In this document: positions 60,997 through 64,000 of the stretch, one piece after another
Position numbering within the stretch: position 1 is the first letter of the stretch
How the letters are laid out: the number at the start of each line of letters is the position of its first letter
NCBI GenBank assembly: GCA_964291655.2
Contig: OZ219802.1
Location: 1,952,001-2,016,000 of the forward strand
DNA length: 64,000 nucleotides
Direction of reading: 5' to 3'
Source: Chloroflexota bacterium
GTDB lineage: Bacteria > Chloroflexota > UBA11872 > VXOZ01
The notes under the pieces: generated by a model
What the model saw: only the letters and a program-made list of their open reading frames with translations
Told to the model about the DNA's origin: nothing
Databases searched by the model: none
Position numbers and translations under genes: made by a program

Positions 60997-61338
60997 TCAC
61001 GGAGACTCCGTTGCCGTAATGATCGTGCCGTCGGGAAGTCGCAGCCATTTCGGGTCTGGTCGGCCACTACCGCCGACTTTCCCATCCGGCTGCAAGTACT
61101 GATGGACGAGCGCAACCGGACGAAGGTTTTCACCTTGTAGGTCTTCGTAGTAGATTACCATTTGAGTAATGGTGCCTGCAGGCTGGCGAGCTGCTCTGGG
61201 AGCTAGGTATTCATCTCGCACTATCGCGACCAATTCACCTGTTGCGGATTTCTGGTACAAAAGCATAGAATTAAAGTGATGTCGGATCTCAGCCTTTGAC
61301 ACGAAACGGTCGGGTTCATCCAGGCGGGTAGAAGGCAT
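60997..61338 (-). CDS. Hypothetical protein (113 aa)
   Basis: Protein-like motif VALVHQYLQPDGKVGGSGRPDPK. No family recognised. Confidence 0.65.
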   Translation of the reverse strand: MPSTRLDEPDRFVSKAEIRHHFNSMLLYQKSATGELVAIVRDEYLAPRAARQPAGTITQMVIYYEDLQGENLRPVALVHQYLQPDGKVGGSGRPDPKWLRLPDGTIITATESP

Positions 61339-61615
61339 GAATGCAAATTCACTTGAGACAGTTGGTGAACGGGTAGAAGCCTATCTTGACGAGGCGCTCT
61401 CATTACAGGCGTTGTCTACGTGGCTACTATCCAAGACTGCGTACTTCGCTGATGCGCCGCGCCAGTCCCATGATGCCAGACTGTGGGCACGAGCGTGTAA
61501 CCTAATCTCGCTCTTTGGTGATAGCGCTCTGTCGGAAGATGAGGTCAGGGCCGCGCTTCGTGAATGGCTTGCAGAAAATCCACGTGTACTCGCCCACGCA
61601 TCTTCCCCGCGCTAG
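61337..61615 (+). CDS. Hypothetical small helical protein (92 aa)
   Basis: Amphipathic helical pattern VEAYLDEALSLQALSTWL..LSEDEVRAALREWL. Confidence 0.6.
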   Translation: MNANSLETVGERVEAYLDEALSLQALSTWLLSKTAYFADAPRQSHDARLWARACNLISLFGDSALSEDEVRAALREWLAENPRVLAHASSPR

Positions 61616-61670
61616 ACATCCTTTCCCAATTGGTCGCTGGCATACGTCTGCAAAGGGTTTGCAGGCCGGC

Positions 61671-62813
61671 CTAGATAAACGCCGCTGAACCGTCGGGGCC
61701 TACGTCGAACGGCCGGTGCCAGGAACGGATGGGCTGACCGCGCACGTAGTCCTCGTTGAGTTCAATGCCCCAGCCGGGCTTCTCGGGAATCTCCAAGTAC
61801 CCGTCATTGAGCTTGACCGGCGCGTCGAGTATGTCCTTGCGCGGCGCTTCGTCGTCGGCGTGGTACTCCAGGATGATGAAGTTGTGGGTGGCCGCCGCAA
61901 AGTGGACGTTCACAGCAGTCGCTACCGGCCCCAGCGGATTGTGCGGCGCAACTTTGACGTAATGCGCTTCAGCGAGTGCAGCGATCTTGCGCATCTCGGT
62001 CAGGCCGCCGCAGACGCAGATATCCGGCTGAATGATGGTCGCCGCCTGCTTCTCCAGCAGTTCCCGAAAGCCGAACGACATGTAAAGCATCTCACCGGTG
62101 GCGACGGGAACCGGCGACTTCTGCGCGAACCACGCCAGGGCGTCGATGTTCTCAGGACGCAGCGGCTCCTCGAAGAAGAACGGCTGGGAGGGCGCCACCG
62201 CTGCCGCCATTTCCAGGGCGCGGGCGGGCTCGAAAGTGCGAGCGTGAGGATCAAGCCCAATGTCCACGTCCGGCCCCACGGCCTCCCGCACCGCCGCGAT
62301 GCGTTCGCCGGCCGCAGCCACTACGGCATTCCACGACATTTGGCTGGAGTTAGGCGGATGCGGCGACATCTTGAGCGCGGTGTAGCCGTACTTCTCCACG
62401 AGTGACTTTGCGCTCGCCGCACAGTCCTCCGGCGTAGCGCCGCCGCAACCCTGGTAAACCCGAATGCGGTCGCGGCACTTGCCGCCGAGCATGCGGTACA
62501 CCGGCTGCCCGGCTGCTTTGCCGCTGATGTCCCACAGCGCATGGTCGATACCGCTGATGGCGGCGTTGATGACCGATCCACCGGGAAAGCGCGAGTGCAC
62601 GTACATGTGGTACCAGATTGCGTTGATGTCACGGGGGTCTTTACCCACGATCCAATCGGCAAAGTCGTCAATGGCGGCTGCCACCGCCCGGTTCGGCCCC
62701 ACCGGATAGGCCTCGCCGATACCGCTGATGCCTTCGGACGTGTTGATCTTTACGATGAGCACGTCGCGCGAAGTGATCGGCGCGGCAAAGGTTTCGACCG
62801 AGGTGATTTTCAT
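61671..62813 (-). CDS. Galactonate dehydratase-like enzyme (mandelate racemase/enolase superfamily)
   Basis: AISGIDHALWDISGK, DPH, FFEEP, TGE, IIQPD, APHNPLGP, PGWGIE. Confidence 0.92.
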   Translation of the reverse strand: MKITSVETFAAPITSRDVLIVKINTSEGISGIGEAYPVGPNRAVAAAIDDFADWIVGKDPRDINAIWYHMYVHSRFPGGSVINAAISGIDHALWDISGKAAGQPVYRMLGGKCRDRIRVYQGCGGATPEDCAASAKSLVEKYGYTALKMSPHPPNSSQMSWNAVVAAAGERIAAVREAVGPDVDIGLDPHARTFEPARALEMAAAVAPSQPFFFEEPLRPENIDALAWFAQKSPVPVATGEMLYMSFGFRELLEKQAATIIQPDICVCGGLTEMRKIAALAEAHYVKVAPHNPLGPVATAVNVHFAAATHNFIILEYHADDEAPRKDILDAPVKLNDGYLEIPEKPGWGIELNEDYVRGQPIRSWHRPFDVGPDGSAAFI

Positions 62814-62922
62814 GGCGCGTTACTCCTGTGACGAGCTATGGATGGGGAGTGGGAGACACGTTAGGATGTCCTAGCCCTCCCCCGGTATCAAGTACGGGGC
62901 AGGCTCTAGCCCTCTCCCACGG

Positions 62923-63147
62923 GAGAACTTTGCAAAACCCTCGCCACAGCGCGAATGTTCCCTCTCCCTCGACGGGAGAGGGCTAGGGTGAGGGTGAATC
63001 TCCTGAATACTCTCCATAGCATACCAATATTTGATCTACTACATCTTGACACTGCACTAGCGCAAGGGGCCATTGCAACGTAAAGATCCCCTCTCCCCGG
63101 GGAGAGGGAGATTCTCTCGCCTACAGGTGAGTTATGCAAAGGGTCTC
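62923..63147. mobile_element. MITE family B, diverged copy
   Basis: GAGAACTTTGCAAAAC..GTTATGCAAAGGGTCTC. CACGG duplicated at 62918-62922 and 63148-63152. Confidence 0.8.
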
Positions 63148-63549
63148 CACGGGGAGAGAGATTACTCCTGCTACCCGGCGTGTATATTATGGCTTCCTAG
63201 ACTCGGAATCCAATGTCTTTGCGCAACATGGGAAGTTTGCAGCGCGGGAGACAAGCCACAATCGTGTCGCATCAAAGTAGCGCGGGGGCTTGTCCCCCGC
63301 CAGAGCAAAGGGAACAGGCATGGAAAGGATTGACCTTACAGGAACGCAGGTTGCAAACATGTCCTGAGCCTGTCGAAGGGCCTGCGCTACCGGGGATAGG
63401 AGGCACGGTGCTCGGCGCCACTATGTTTGATGCGACAACATTGGGGACAAGCCCCCGCGCTACGGGAATTTAAGAGTGCCTACCCTTTTGGTCCAGGGTG
63501 CAACTGCCAAGCTTTCGAATGGTTCGGCTCGTTGGGCTGAAACTATTCG

Positions 63550-64000
63550 TCAGGCGCACACGGGATGGTCGGCGGACCAGCGGTTGAAGTTCTCGGTAGA
63601 GGAGGCGGCCAGTTTGGGTCGGGCGTCTTCCCACATTTGGGTCCACATTGCGGCATCGCGCAGCTCCGATTCAGGATTGGCGCGGCTGCGGGCCACGAAC
63701 TCGGGGAAGACCGGTCGCCCGGTAGGCTGGCCGACCGGCTGATAGCGCAGGTCGAAACTCCAGCGCACCTGGTCCTGGGTCTTGTTGTCGTACGAACAGT
63801 GCATGGTCTTGCTGTGCATGAGCAGAATGCTTCCCGCTTGCATGGGCAACGGTACAGCGTTCGCCACGTCCACAAGTTTTTCCGGTATCCAGACGCCGCC
63901 GACGCCCGGGCAGTGTACGGCGAGCTCTTCTTCCCGGTGCGAGTAGGGCACCACGTACATGCAGCTATTCTCGATGGTGGCATCGTTCAGGGGCAACCAC
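63550..64000 (-). CDS. Phytanoyl-CoA dioxygenase (PhyH) family, 5' end outside the window
   Basis: PLNDATIENSCMYVVPYSH, HSKTMHCS, RWSFDLRYQ. Confidence 0.9.
   Translation of the reverse strand, partial: WLPLNDATIENSCMYVVPYSHREEELAVHCPGVGGVWIPEKLVDVANAVPLPMQAGSILLMHSKTMHCSYDNKTQDQVRWSFDLRYQPVGQPTGRPVFPEFVARSRANPESELRDAAMWTQMWEDARPKLAASSTENFNRWSADHPVCA

Overview
64-kb GC-rich bacterial chromosome segment. Gene content and repeat types suggest a Chloroflexota-like metagenomic genome, but this is inference. It carries housekeeping genes (cca, tyrS, guaA, tmk, mfd, pth, rsmA, comEA, tRNA-Gln), many catabolic enzymes (two Gfo/Idh/MocA, two creatininase-family, enolase-superfamily, SDR, PhyH, tartrate/isopropylmalate-type dehydrogenase), ABC transport parts, one HigBA pair and several orphan antitoxin-like genes. 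Main observations: (1) a probable oriC at about 4110-4480 with tandem DnaA boxes, GGCC, DnaA-trios and an AT-rich stretch, with no dnaA or dnaN in the window; (2) several families of non-autonomous MITEs that insert at fixed positions in REP-like palindromes, leave target-site duplications, carry their own target palindrome as cargo, nest inside each other, and show a flipped core and swapped arms; (3) REP-derived sequence translated in frame in GuaA and in an ABC exporter; (4) polarised tandem arrays of 14, 21, 27, 54 and 99 bp attached to REPs; (5) a low-GC three-gene candidate defence islet (AbiJ-NTD-like/HEPN-like, DUF4365 nuclease, unknown partner) after tyrS; (6) two unknown ORFs diverging from one shared CATG. 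No CRISPR array, rRNA, prophage or transposase gene was seen. All family calls come from motifs read by eye; no database search was run.
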